Numbered from the stretch's first letter, positions 20,505 to 31,922 are shown. The stretch is DNA of 64,000 nt from an uncultured delta proteobacterium (GCA_963704165.1 CAVPHD010000003.1:64001-128000), one strand, 5' to 3'. Numbers and translations: made by a program. Notes: generated by a model not told the origin, from the letters alone.

Positions 20505-21475
20505 CGCGGCACTCCGTCGGGCCCGACGTCGATCGGCTCGATCGCCTCCTGGATTCGGAGCGCGAGGTCGAGCGCGCGATAGCCGTGCTCGCCCGAGACC
20601 TCGGGCTCCGCGCGCGTGCGCACCGATTCCGCGAACGCGCGGTCCTGCGCGAGCAGCGCATCGGCCGCGTCGAGCTCGATCTTCTCGGCGGTGATGCGCG
20701 GCGGCTCTGCGCCGCCGGGCAGGCCCTGCCGCCGCACGATCGTGATCTTGTTCTCGCCGAGGTCGATCGAGACGTAAGCGTCGGACTGGAAGAGCCGGAC
20801 CTTGCGAAGTCGCTCGAGCGAGACGCGGCTCGCCGTCAGATTGACGACACAGCCGTTCGCGAGACGGAGCCGTGCGTTCGCAATGTCCTCGGTCTGCGAG
20901 AGCACCGAGACTCCGACCGCCTCGACGCGCTCGACCTCGTGCCCTGCGAGCTCCGCCACGATGTCGAGATCGTGGATCATGAGATCGAGCACGACCGACA
21001 CGTCGGTCGCGCGCGCAGGATAGGGCCCGATCCGGTGCGCCTCGATGAAACGCGGGCGCGTGAGCGCGGGTCGGACCGCGCGGAACGCCCGCGAGAAGCG
21101 CTCGATGTGCCCCACCTGCAGGATCCGGCCGCCCGCCTTCGCGCGCTCGACCAGGCTGCGCGCGTCCGAACGCGTGGTCGCGATCGGCTTCTCGACCAGC
21201 ACGTCGAGGCCGGCATCGAGCAAAAGACCCGCGACGCGCGCGTGCTCCACCGTCGGCACGGCCACGCACGCCGCGTCGGCTGCGGCCGCCACGCGTTCGA
21301 GGGACTCGAGCACCGGCACACCGTGCTTCCCGGCGATCTCACCTGCACGCGCGAGATCGACGTCGGCGACGCCGGCGAAGTCGAGAACGCCCTCGGACGC
21401 GAGCGAAGCGAGCTTCTCGGCGTGCAGCCGGCCCATGTATCCGACACCGACGACGGCGATGCGCGGTCGCGTCAC
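20501..21475 (-). CDS. gnnA: Gfo/Idh/MocA oxidoreductase, GnnA-like UDP-GlcNAc 3-dehydrogenase
   Basis: GVGYMG, VEKPI, VGHIERF, DVSVVLDLMIHDLD; located between lpxA/lpxI and lpxB. Confidence 0.75.
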   Translation of the reverse strand: MTRPRIAVVGVGYMGRLHAEKLASLASEGVLDFAGVADVDLARAGEIAGKHGVPVLESLERVAAAADAACVAVPTVEHARVAGLLLDAGLDVLVEKPIATTRSDARSLVERAKAGGRILQVGHIERFSRAFRAVRPALTRPRFIEAHRIGPYPARATDVSVVLDLMIHDLDIVAELAGHEVERVEAVGVSVLSQTEDIANARLRLANGCVVNLTASRVSLERLRKVRLFQSDAYVSIDLGENKITIVRRQGLPGGAEPPRITAEKIELDAADALLAQDRAFAESVRTRAEPEVSGEHGYRALDLALRIQEAIEPIDVGPDGVPR

Positions 21476-22302
21476 GACGATTCCGGCTCGAGACCGACGA
21501 TGGTGATCGACGCGGCCTCGGCCTGCGCGAGCGTTCGCGGCTGTTCGAGCACGAGCGTTCGACCGCTCTCGAGCCCGATCGCGCGAAGCCGGCACTCGCG
21601 CGCGATCTCGATCGTCCCGGGTCCGATCACCGGCACGTCGAAGCGCATGTCCTGCTTCGGCTTCGCGGCTTTCACGAGCACCGCTCCGGAGCCGAACTCC
21701 GCGCCGCGGCGAAGCATGCGGTCGGTGCCCTCGAGCGCCTCGACCGCCAGCACCGTTCCCTGCCGGACCAGGCAGGCCTGCCCAACGTCGTGGACGCCCA
21801 GGCTTCGCACCACCTGCATGCCGAGCGTGAGGTCCGCGCGAAGCGCGTCGTCGATCTCTCCGCCGCAGAGCACGCCCGGGCGCACCATGCGCTTCTCGAG
21901 GTAGCGCGTCGATTCGACGACGGAGAGGCCCTCCGACTCGAGCTCGCCCGCGACCGCGCGCAGGATCGCATCGTCGCCCTTCGCGGCGAGGCTCGCGAGC
22001 AAGGCGAGCGCGCGCGTGTCGGGGCGCAGGCGACTGGGATCACGCAGGATCGCGGCCTTGCTGACCGCGCCCGCCAGGATCACCTCGCGCGCGCCCACGT
22101 CTCGAAAGAACTCGATCAGCGCGCCGAGCTGCCCCGCGTTCAGCCAGCGGAACGGACCGTCGGCCTCGCGCTCGATTTCGGGATCGGTGTTGTCTTCGAT
22201 CGCCGCGATCGCGACGCGGAGCCCGTGCTCGCGCGCGGCCTGGGCGACCTCGAACGGCAGCGGCCCGCTGCCCGCGATCAGTCCGAGCACCGGCTTCGTC
22301 AC
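21472..22302 (-). CDS. lpxI: UDP-2,3-diacylglucosamine diphosphatase LpxI
   Basis: LGLIAGSGPLP, DVGQA, AVEALEGTD, KPKQDMRFDVPVIG. Confidence 0.93.
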   Translation of the reverse strand: MTKPVLGLIAGSGPLPFEVAQAAREHGLRVAIAAIEDNTDPEIEREADGPFRWLNAGQLGALIEFFRDVGAREVILAGAVSKAAILRDPSRLRPDTRALALLASLAAKGDDAILRAVAGELESEGLSVVESTRYLEKRMVRPGVLCGGEIDDALRADLTLGMQVVRSLGVHDVGQACLVRQGTVLAVEALEGTDRMLRRGAEFGSGAVLVKAAKPKQDMRFDVPVIGPGTIEIARECRLRAIGLESGRTLVLEQPRTLAQAEAASITIVGLEPESS

Positions 22303-22306
22303 GCGC

Positions 22307-23089
22307 CTAGCGCCGTCGAGCGAAGCCGCGCTCCGACTTCTCCAGGAAGGCGACCATGCGCTCGGCCTCGGAGGAGTCGGGAAGCTCGGCGCGCACCTTC
22401 GCGAACGCATCGCGCGCCTGAAGCCCGTCGCGGAAGATGATCCGGAATGCACGCTCGACCGCGTCGATGCGCTCCTTCGCGAAACCCCGTCGCTCGAGAT
22501 TGATGCGGTTCATCTTCACGATTCGGGCGGGATAGCCGTTCGCGAGCGTGAACGGCGCGGCGTCCTGCATCAGGCCCGACATCCCGCCCACCATCACGGA
22601 TTCCCCGACGCGCACGAACTGCTGCACTGCGACGCCGCCCGCGAGATACGCGTAGTCCTCGACGATCACGTGGCCCGCGAGCATGACGTTGTTGGCCATG
22701 ATCACGTGACTTCCGACGTTGCAGTCGTGGCCGACGTGCACGTTCACGAGCAAGAGATTGTCGTCTCCGATGCGGGTCGTGCCCCCGCCGGCCGCCGTGC
22801 CGGGATGGATCGACACCTGCTCGCGAATCACGTTGCGCGCGCCGATCGTGAGCCGGGTGGGTTCGCCCTTGTACTTCACGTCCTGCGGGATCTCGCCCAC
22901 CGTCGAGAACGGGAAGATCACCGAGCCCGCGCCGACCTCCGTGTGCCCGGCCACCACGGCATGCGAACGCAGGCTCACGCCCTCTCCGAGAATCACGTGC
23001 GGGCCCACCACGCAGAACGGGCCGATCTCGACGCCCTCGCCGAGCTCGGCACCGGCCTCGACGATCGCGGTCGGGTGTATGCGTTTCAT
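22307..23089 (-). CDS. lpxA: UDP-N-acetylglucosamine acyltransferase
   Basis: IHPTAIV, hexapeptide repeats, PQDVKYKGE, HVGHDC, LAGHV. Confidence 0.96.
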   Translation of the reverse strand: MKRIHPTAIVEAGAELGEGVEIGPFCVVGPHVILGEGVSLRSHAVVAGHTEVGAGSVIFPFSTVGEIPQDVKYKGEPTRLTIGARNVIREQVSIHPGTAAGGGTTRIGDDNLLLVNVHVGHDCNVGSHVIMANNVMLAGHVIVEDYAYLAGGVAVQQFVRVGESVMVGGMSGLMQDAAPFTLANGYPARIVKMNRINLERRGFAKERIDAVERAFRIIFRDGLQARDAFAKVRAELPDSSEAERMVAFLEKSERGFARRR

Positions 23090-23544
23090 TCGCCCTCCTC
23101 CGCATCCCACTTCACGAATGCAGCCAGAAGAACCGCCTCGGCGACGGCCTCGTTGCCGACGGTCGCGGTGCCGGCGAAGCGCACCATCTTCGGTCGCACG
23201 CGAAGCGGACGGACCAGAAGCCGCAGGACGTCCCCGGGGACGACCTGGCGTCGGAAGCGCGTCTCGTCCACGCCGACGAGCACGGTCATCATTCCGACGT
23301 TCTCGGGAAGGGCGTTCATCGCCCAGATGCCCCCGGCTTGCGCCATCGCCTCGATGATCAGCACCCCGGGGAAGATCGGCTGATCGGGAAAGTGGCCGGT
23401 GAAGCACGGCTCGTTCGCCGAGATCAGCTTCTCGGCCAGTACGTGCTGCTCGGAGAGTTCGACCACCCGATCGATCATCAGCATCGGGAAGCGGTGCGGC
23501 AAGAGCTCGCGGATCCGCTCGATGCCCATCGGCACCTTGTCCAC
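23086..23544 (-). CDS. fabZ: 3-hydroxyacyl-ACP dehydratase
   Basis: LPHRFPMLMIDRV, FTGHFP..PIFPGVLIIEAMAQ. Confidence 0.96.
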   Translation of the reverse strand: MDKVPMGIERIRELLPHRFPMLMIDRVVELSEQHVLAEKLISANEPCFTGHFPDQPIFPGVLIIEAMAQAGGIWAMNALPENVGMMTVLVGVDETRFRRQVVPGDVLRLLVRPLRVRPKMVRFAGTATVGNEAVAEAVLLAAFVKWDAEEGE

Positions 23545-23545
23545 G

Positions 23546-24070
23546 TCAGTTCTCGTTCAGCCGCTTGATCACGAGGTCGGTGATGTCGAGCGATTCCGGC
23601 GAATACAGCACGCCGGGCGTCGAGCGGTCGAGCACGAGATCGAAACCCTTCGACTTGCCGATCTCCTTGACGGCCTCTTCGAGCTTCTTCGCGAGCGGCG
23701 CGAGGAGCTTGCGGTTCTGCACCGCCAGCTCGTCCTTCGCGGCCTGGAAGTCGCGCTCGAGATCGCGCTGACAGCTCTGGAACTCGATCATCCGCTCCTG
23801 GATCACGTCGTCCGCGAGCACGAAGCGCTGCGCTTCGATCTCCTCCTGCAGCTTCTTGCAGCGGCTCGAGCGCGGCTCGAGCTCCTTCTTCTTCTTCTCC
23901 TCAAGCTGCGTCAGCGCGGTTTCGGCGGCCTTGCCCCCGTTGCTCGAGAGCAGCGCGCGGCGCTGATCCACGACCGCGAGCTTGAATTCCGCCGATGCCG
24001 CCAGCGCCGGAAGCAGGAAGCCGAGAGCGAGGCCGAGGGTCGTCCCGGCGCGAAGAATGCGGATCTGCAT
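23546..24070 (-). CDS. skp: OmpH/Skp periplasmic chaperone
   Basis: Signal peptide, KLAVVD, coiled coil, DITDLVIKRL; follows bamA. Confidence 0.92.
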   Translation of the reverse strand: MQIRILRAGTTLGLALGFLLPALAASAEFKLAVVDQRRALLSSNGGKAAETALTQLEEKKKKELEPRSSRCKKLQEEIEAQRFVLADDVIQERMIEFQSCQRDLERDFQAAKDELAVQNRKLLAPLAKKLEEAVKEIGKSKGFDLVLDRSTPGVLYSPESLDITDLVIKRLNEN

Positions 24071-24140
24071 GAAACCTCCTTGATCGAGAGCTACACCGTG
24101 CCGTTTCGGCGCGGAGAGGGAAAGTCCGGACTCGAGCGCC

Positions 24141-26790
24141 TCAGTAGTTCTGGCCGCCGAGAGAGAATTCGAAAACCGAGCCGTCCTCGTCCTCGTAGGG
24201 ATCGAGCGGGAATCCGAGCACCACCAGGATCGGCCCGAACGGGCTGAACCACTGGATTCCCGCCCCGGTGCCGAATCGGAAATCGGCGGGATTGATGAAA
24301 TCGTCCTCCGCGAACGAGTTTCCCATGTCGAGGAAGATCATGCCGGAAAGACCCATCTCCTCCGAGATCGGGAACTGCAGCTCCAGGTTCACGAGCATCA
24401 TCGAGTTCCCGCCGATCACGTCGGTCGCGTCGAGGTCGTTGAAGTCGTCGATGTCCCTGTCGTCGACGCTATTGCACTCGTTCGGACCGAAACGGCAGAA
24501 ATCCGGACCGATCACCGAGTACCCGAACGGGGAGAACGCGACGTCGGGGCCGTCGGTCGCCTGGGTCTGCTCGAGGATCGTCCGCCGCGGGCCGAGCGAG
24601 CGCTGCTCGAAGCCCCGGACCTGGAACGCGCCGAGACCGCCGAGGAAGTATCGCTCGGTCAGTGGAAGCTCGAGATCGCGATCGATGTTCCCGAGCGCGC
24701 GAATCTGGTTGTTCGGGTCCAGCGCGAGAAGCGCTGCGCACTCGGACATGGGGTCTTCGCCGCAGCCGGGCAGGTCGTAGTCGGAGATGTCGTTCCAGGG
24801 CAGCGCGTAGCCGACGCGCGAGTTGAAGACGAAGGTCGACTCGAACGGCATCCACCTCCCGAGCGGGACGAAGTGCGTCGTGCGGCCTTCCAGTCGCAGG
24901 AACTGGGAGAAGCCGCCGAGTCCGGCGAAGTCGACGTTGATGCCGCGTGATGTGCCCGGATTTCGGGAACCGGATGTCGTCGCGCGTGTCGCGACGCAAC
25001 GAGAGGTTCACGAGCGATGTCGTCGTGTCGCCCTGGTACTCCTCGCGCTCGAGAAGCGACGCGGCCTGGAACTCCTCGAAGCCCGAGACCTTCCGGCTCG
25101 CGAACGAGTAGCCCGTGCTGACGAAGGTCTCGCCCTCGTCGAGCGGATAGCCGACCGAAACCGCGAAGCCGGATTGCTCCTGATCGAAGTCGTTGTACTC
25201 GCTCTTCGAGCTGTTCAGCGTCAGCGAGAGCGTGGCGGCCGATCCGAGCACGTACGGCTCGACGAAGCGGACGTAGTAGTAGTGGTTCTGGGAGCCCATG
25301 TCGGCTCCGGCCGAGAGCGAGCGACCGGTTCCGAAGAGATTCTCCTGGGTGATCGATCCCGAGACGATGAACCCGTCGACCGATCCCACGCCTGCGCCGA
25401 AGCTGAAGCTTCCCGTCGGGCGCTCGACCAGGTCCACGGTCATCGCGACGCGGTTCGGAACGTCCGTCGGCCGGGCCCGGACCTCGACCTCCTCGAAGTA
25501 CCCGAGCCGCTGGACGCGCATCTTGCTGTTCGCGACCGCCTGCGCGGAGTAGAGCTCCCCCTCGTTGATCGAAAGCTGGCGACGCACGACGGTGTCGGCC
25601 GTGCGCACGTTTCCGTTCACGTCGATTCCCTCGACGAAGTAGAGCTCGCCCTTCTTGACCTCGAACGAGGTCGCGATCTCCTTCTTGTCGGGATCGACGT
25701 TCGTGATCGGATTCACCGACGCGTCGAAGAAGCCGCGGTCGGCGTAGTACCCGCGGAGTCGATCGACGTCGGCCGAGAGCGTCGAGCGGCTGAAGACCTC
25801 GCCGGGGTGGAGCTCGACGAGCCCGAAGAGCTGCGCGCGGTCCATCGTCTCGTCACCGAGGATGTCGACGGTCCCGACGACGAACTGCGGCCCCTCGGCG
25901 ATGTCGACGGCGACGACGATCCCCTCCTCGGAGACGCTCACCTCGGGCTGCCCGATCGAAACGCGGACGTAGCCCTCGTCCATGTACAGGCGTTGGATCT
26001 TGTCGAGGTCCTGGTAGAAGATCGGCTCGGCGTACAGCCCCGAGTTGTCCCAGAGCTGCGAGACGTACGACGTGAAACCCCACGTCTTGGTCTGCATCAC
26101 CTTCTCGAGCCGACCGTCGGAGAGCGCTTCGTTCCCGCGGAAGTCGATCTCGGTCAGGCGCAACTTCTTGCCCTCGACCACGTCGAAGTTCACGCCGACG
26201 GATCCCTCCCCCATCGGCTCGAGCACGTACTTCACCTTGGCCAGGTAGTACCCCTTGGCCTGGTACTGCGCCTCGATGCGCGCGGCGTTCTCGAGCAGCA
26301 GCGGGTAATCGACGGTCGATCCGACCGTGATGGTGAGCTTCTCCTTGATGTCGTCGGAGCCGAGTTCCTCGTTTCCGGTGATGCTGACCTGTCGGATCAC
26401 CGGGTTCTCGACGACGACGTAGCTGACGATCGCGCCGCCGTTCGCGGCGCGCGTCACCTCGATGCGCACGTCGTGAAAGAAGCCAAGACCGTAGATGCGG
26501 CGCACGTCCTGCGCGATGCGCCCGCGGTCGAGGGGTTCGCCGACCTTCGTGCCGATCACCGCCTTGATCGCGTCCGGTTCGATCCGCCGGGTTCCCTCGA
26601 CGATCACCTCCTGGACGATGGATCCGCGCTCCTCGAGTGCGAGCTCGGCGTTCGACTCCGAAGCGAGGTCGGTCGGCCCGGGCTCTTGCGCGAGGGCCGC
26701 GCTCGCGAGCACGAGCGCAATCGCGTGCGCGAAGGCGCGCGCGCATCGGCCGATCCGGAAGCGAGATCTCGATGTTCGCGCGCGTCCCAT
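24141..26790 (-). CDS. bamA: Outer membrane protein assembly factor BamA, frameshift near 24945
   Basis: POTRA repeats, ERPTGSFSFGAG, NLFGTG, VRGF, WFSPFGP, FEFSLG. Confidence 0.95.
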
Positions 26791-26812
26791 TCCCTCTACA
26801 CCGTCCCGCGTC

Positions 26813-27484
26813 CTAGGACGCGAGTCGCCCCTCGACGAGATAGCACTTCTTCGCAAGACGATTCGCGAGCTTCTCGTTGTGGGTGACGAGCACCAGCGCC
26901 GTACCTGCATCGGCGTTCAGCTTCAGGAAGAGATCGACGACTTCATCGGCCGTGTGAGGATCGAGATTCCCGGTCGGCTCGTCGGCGAGCACGACCGACG
27001 GCCCCTGCACCAGCGCGCGTGCGATGGCGACGCGCTGGCGCTCACCGCCCGAGAGCTTGCCCGGCCCATGACGCAGGCGGTGCCCGAGCCCGACGGCGGT
27101 CAAGATCGCCCGCGCTCGGTCGCGTGCTTCGCGGCGCGAAACGCCCGCGAGCAGGCAGGGCATCATCACGTTCTCCTCCGCGTCGAACTCGGGCAGCAGA
27201 TGGTGGGACTGGAAGACGAAGCCGAGCGTGCGATTGCGGAACTCCGCGACCTCGTCGGGCGGAAGCGCCGTCAGGTCGCGGCCCCCGTACAGCACCTGTC
27301 CCGAGGTCGGTCGGTCGAGGCCCCCGAGCACGTGCAGGAGCGTGGACTTCCCCGCGCCCGAGACTCCGAGCACCGCCACCGACTCGCCGGGTGCGAGCCG
27401 GAGATTCAACCCTGACAAAACCTCGATCGTCTCGTCGCCGAGCTGGAAGCGCTTCACGACGTCGCGGGCTTCGAGCTCACTCAT
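26813..27484 (-). CDS. lolD: Lipoprotein-releasing ABC transporter ATPase
   Basis: GVSGAGKST, GFVFQSHHLLPEF, LSGGERQR, ADEPTGNLD. Confidence 0.93.
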   Translation of the reverse strand: MSELEARDVVKRFQLGDETIEVLSGLNLRLAPGESVAVLGVSGAGKSTLLHVLGGLDRPTSGQVLYGGRDLTALPPDEVAEFRNRTLGFVFQSHHLLPEFDAEENVMMPCLLAGVSRREARDRARAILTAVGLGHRLRHGPGKLSGGERQRVAIARALVQGPSVVLADEPTGNLDPHTADEVVDLFLKLNADAGTALVLVTHNEKLANRLAKKCYLVEGRLAS

Positions 27485-29242
27485 ATCGCAGCGCCTCCGC
27501 GGGATCGAGGCGCGAAGCCTGCCACGAGGGCAGAAGCGTCGCACCGATCGAGAGTACCATCGCGATGAGCGAGATCAGGGCGAGCTGCGTGGGCTCGACC
27601 GCGTGGGGGAGTTCCTGGAGCTGGTAGATGTTCGGCGGTAGCACGTCGAAGCCGAAGGTCCGCTCGACGATCGATTGGATCACGTCGAGGTTCTGCGTGA
27701 TCACGAGCCCCATCCCGACCCCGAGCGCGAGCCCGGCGACGCCGATCAGGAAGCCCTCGATCGCGAACACCCGCAGAATGCCGTCGTCCGTACAGCCCAT
27801 CGTCTTCAGGATCGCGATGTCCTGACTCTTCTCCATGATCATCATGATCAGCGTCGCGACGATGATGAATCCCGCCACGACCATGATGAAGCTCAAGAGC
27901 ACGAACATCATCACGCGTTCGGTCTTCAGCGCCTGGAAGAAACCCGGGAAGTATTCCTTCCAGTCGCGCGTGTAGTACACGCCCGCGTCGCCGAGCGCGT
28001 CCTCGACGTCGAGCGCGGTCGTCCTCGACGTGTAGGCGTCGCGCGTGCGCACCTCGACGCCCTGCGAGACGTCGCCGAGCTTCATGAACTTCTGCGCGGC
28101 GGGGAGGCTCGAGTACACGAAGCCTTCGTCGAACTGGAAGAAGTCGGAGCGGAAGATCCCGGCGACGCGGAAGCGCTCGAGCCGCGGCGCCGGTCCGAGC
28201 GGCGTCGGAGCGCCGCCCATCGGCGAGATCAGGACGATCGCGTCGCCGGTACGCAGCAGAAAGCGATTCGCGAGCTCGGCGCCGACGATCAGGCCGGGCA
28301 AGCGCTCGATCTCGTCGCCGTCGGGATTCGGCGCGAGGTCGTCGAGCGAGCCCGCGCGAATCGTCTCGACGAGCTGGGTCGCGTCGGCCACGGTGCCCGG
28401 ATCGATGCCCTTGAGCACGATCGCCTGCAGCTCGCCTTCGCGCCCGCGCAGGATCGCGTCGGCGGCGAGGAAAGGCGTCGCACCGAGAACGCCCGGCACC
28501 TCGAAGCACCCGTTCGCGGACGTCGAGGTAGTTCGGGTACGCACCCTCGCGCGAGAGCACCGAGAAGTGCGCGCGCGCGCCGACGATCTTCTCCTCCCAC
28601 ATCGAGGAGAAGCCGTTCATCACCGACAGCACCACGGTGATCACCGCGACGCCGAGCGCCACGCCGACCACGCAGATCACCGAGATGATCGAGATGAACG
28701 TCTGGCGCCGTCGCGCGACCAGGTAGCGCAGCGAGATGAACCACTCGACCGGACGCGTGCGCCGGTGCTCGACGAGTCCGGCGATGACGAGCGGCCAGAC
28801 GCCGAGCGCGGTCAGCAGCAGGAGGGACGCGGCGATCGAGACGGCGGCCTGTCCGGTGTCCGCCCAGCCCGGAGTGAGCAGGCCGATCAGGAACAGAGCG
28901 CCGCAGACGGCGAGCACGGCGCCCGAGAGCCAGGTCAGCGCGCGGTGGAGTCTTCGCGCGCGCACGAGTCCCCAGGCGACGAGCGCGGTCGCGAGCTGTC
29001 CGGCGGGTGGCGCGAGCGGCGCCGGCGCTTCGAGCCAGATCGCCAGGATCGCGGCGAGACCGGTCGCGACCCGCGATCCAGGGCAGCGCGACGCGAGCGG
29101 GCCGCACGAACCGCAGGAAGTGCCCGAGGATCATCGCGGCCGAGCCCGAGAAGAACACGAACATCAGCCCGAATCCGAGCGCGATCAGCGCGACCAGGCT
29201 CGCGGACACGAAGCCGAGCGAGCGCGAGACGATCTCAATCAT
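27477..29242 (-). CDS. lolE: Lipoprotein-releasing ABC permease LolC/E with long N-terminal membrane extension, insertions near 29070 and 28510
   Basis: EWFISLRYL...FISIIS...[32 protein letters not shown]. Confidence 0.88.
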
Positions 29243-30736
29243 CGCGCGGCCGCAGGTGCGGGAAGAGCTTCACCTCGCGCAGGTGACTCGCTCCGGTGAG
29301 CATCATCGCGAGCCGGCCGATGCCCAGACCCATCCCGCCCGTCGGCGGCATGCCGTGCTCGAGCGCGCGCAGGAAGTCCTCGTCGAGCGGCTGCGCGCCG
29401 ACGTCGCCCGCCCGGCTCGCCTCGAGCCTGTTCCAGGAACCGCTGGCGCTGATCGTCCGGATCGTTCAGCTCGCTGAAGGCGTTGCAGATCTCGATTCCG
29501 CCCATGAAGCCCTCGAATCGCTCGACCATCTGCGGTCGGCTCGCCTCGCGCTTGGCGAGCGGCGAGAGCGCGGCCGGGTACTCGATCACGAAGGTAGGCG
29601 AGATCAGGCTCGGCTCGACCGTCTCCGAGAACACGTCGTCCACCAGCCCCGCCCAGCTCGTCGCCGTAGACGGATCGACGTTCGGCACGCCCGCTTGCTT
29701 CACCGCCCTTCGCGCAGCGTCTCGAGCGTCGGTCGCGGCGTGAATGTCGATCCCGCAGGCCTCGCGGATCAGGTCGGCCATGGCGCGGCGCGGCCAGGGC
29801 GGGGTCAGGTCGAGCTTCCGGCCCTCGCGCTCGATCGAGAGCGTTCCGAGCACGCGCTCGGCCGCGTGCGCCACCATGCTCTCGACCAGCTCCATCATGT
29901 CCTCGAAGTCGGCGTAGGCCTGGTAGACCTCGAGCATCGTGAACTCGGGGTTGTGCTTCTTCGAGACGCCCTCGTTGCGGAAGTCACGCCCGATCTCGTA
30001 GACGCGATCGAGCCCACCGATCACCAGGCGCTTCAGGTACAGCTCGAACGAGACGCGCAGGAAGAGCGTCTGGTCGTAGGTGTTGTGCACGGTGGTGAAC
30101 GGGCGCGCGTTCGCGCCGCCGTAGATCGGCTGCAGGATCGGCGTCTCGACCTCGAGGAAGCCGCGTCCGTCGAGGAAGTCGCGAATCGCGCTGATCATGC
30201 GCGAGCGCATCACGAAGATCTGGCGCGACTCGGGATTGGTGAGCACGTCGAGGTAGCGCTGCCGATAGCGCGCCTCGACGTCCTGCAGGCCGTGGAACTT
30301 CTCGGGCAGCGGCCGGTACGACTTCGCCAGAAACCCCTGCTCGCGCGCTTCGATCGTCAGCTCGCCCTTCTGCGTGCGCACGAGCGCCCCGCGCGCGAAG
30401 ATGAAGTCGCCGACCTCGTACAGCCGGACGCGCTTCCCAGACGGCGTCGCCGAGCGCGTCCTTCTTCAGCCAGACCTGCAATCCCTCGCCATCGCCCTGG
30501 AGGGTCGCGAACGCCATCTTGCCGAACGAGCGCAGCGCGACGATCCGTCCCGCGATGCAGAACGTGACCGCGGCCTCGGCGAGCGCAGCGGCGTCGGCGC
30601 TGCCGAAGCGCGCGAGGATCTCGGGAATCGAGGTGCGATCGCGCGGCACGCGCGCCGGAAACAGATCGACGCCGTGCTCGCGCAGCCGTTCGGCGCGCGC
30701 GCGCCGCGAAGCCAGGATCTCCTGCTCGGTCGCCAC
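29235..30736 (-). CDS. lysS: Lysine--tRNA ligase (class II), insertions near 30430 and 29420
   Basis: [27 protein letters not shown]...[21 protein letters not shown]. Confidence 0.95.
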
Positions 30737-30739
30737 GGG

Positions 30740-31860
30740 CTACGCGTCTCCTTGCAGAAGATAGGCGCGGATCAGCTCGTCGAGGTCGCCGTCGAGCACG
30801 GCCGCGGCGTTGCCGATCTCGAAGTCGGTGCGGTGGTCCTTCACGCGCTGCGAGGGGTGCAGCGTGTACGAGCGGATCTGCATGCCGAAATCGATCTTCT
30901 TCTTCTCGCCGGCCACGCGCTCGACCTCGGCCTCGTGCTCGAGCCGCGCCTTCTCGTAGAGCTTCGCGCGCAGGACCTTCATCGCGTGCGCCTTGTTCTT
31001 GTGCTGGCTGCGCTCGCTCTGGCACTGCACGACGATTCCCGAGGGAAGGTGCGTGAGGCGCACGGCCGAGTCGGTCTTGTTCACGTGCTGCCCGCCCGCG
31101 CCCCCGGCGCGGTAGGTGTCGATGCGCAGGTCCTTCTCGTCGATCTCGACCTCGATCTCGTCGCCGATGTCGGGCATCATCGACAGCGCCGCGAACGCGG
31201 TCTGGCGTCGCTTGTTGGCGTCGAACGGAGAGATGCGCACCAGCCGGTGAATGCCGATCTCGCTGCGCAGGTAGCCGTAGGCGTGCTGGCCCTTCGACCG
31301 TGAACGTGACGCCCTTGATCCCGGCCTCTTCGCCGGCCTGGATGTCGATGATCTCGGCCGCGAAGCCGTGGCGCTCGCACCAGCGCAGGTACATGCGCAG
31401 CAGCATCTCCGCCCAGTCCTGCGAATCCGTGCCGCCCGCACCCGCGTTGATCGAGACGATCGCGTCGAGCGCGTCGTGCTCTCCCGAGAGCATGCGCGAG
31501 AGCTCCGCCTCTTCGAGCCGGATGCGCAGGGTGGCAAGCGACTTCTCGGCTTCGGCGACCGCGTCCACATCCGCCGCCTCGCTCGCGAGTTCGAGCATGA
31601 CGTCGGCGTCTTCGACGAGCTTGTCCGTCTCGGCGAAGAAGTCCAGCGTGCGCTCTAGCTCGCGCTGCTCGCGGAGCGTCTTCTCGGCGCGCTCGCGGTC
31701 TTCCCAAAGGGAGGGGTCGGACGCGGCCCGCTGCAGCTCCTCGAGCTTCGCCTGCTTCGCGTCCAGGTCAAAGATGCCTCCGCAGCTCCGCGAGTCGCTC
31801 GCGAAGCCCCGGCAGCTCATCCCGAAGCTCGCGAATCCTGGCGCTCAGGTCTTCGGACAC
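30740..31860 (-). CDS. prfB: Peptide chain release factor 2 with programmed +1 frameshift, plus a probable error near 31290
   Basis: SPF and GGQ motifs; GGAGG-CAT-CTT-TGA-C at 31781-31767. Confidence 0.96.
31767..31781 (-). promoter_or_regulatory. RF2 autoregulatory +1 frameshift cassette
   Basis: Internal SD GGAGG, 3 nt, then CTT TGA C after 29 codons of prfB. Confidence 0.93.
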
Positions 31861-31922
31861 GGACTCCCCCTTGGCGAGTTCCGTGATAGCAAATGAGCCC
31901 TATCCGGGCATGCCGTCGGCTC

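Noticed and set aside
24116..24133. GAGGGAAAGTCCGGACTC, resembling the RNase P RNA 5' signature
   Set aside because: Only a 70-nt intergenic gap, no 3' P4 partner motif, and the flanks are bamA/skp coding sequence.
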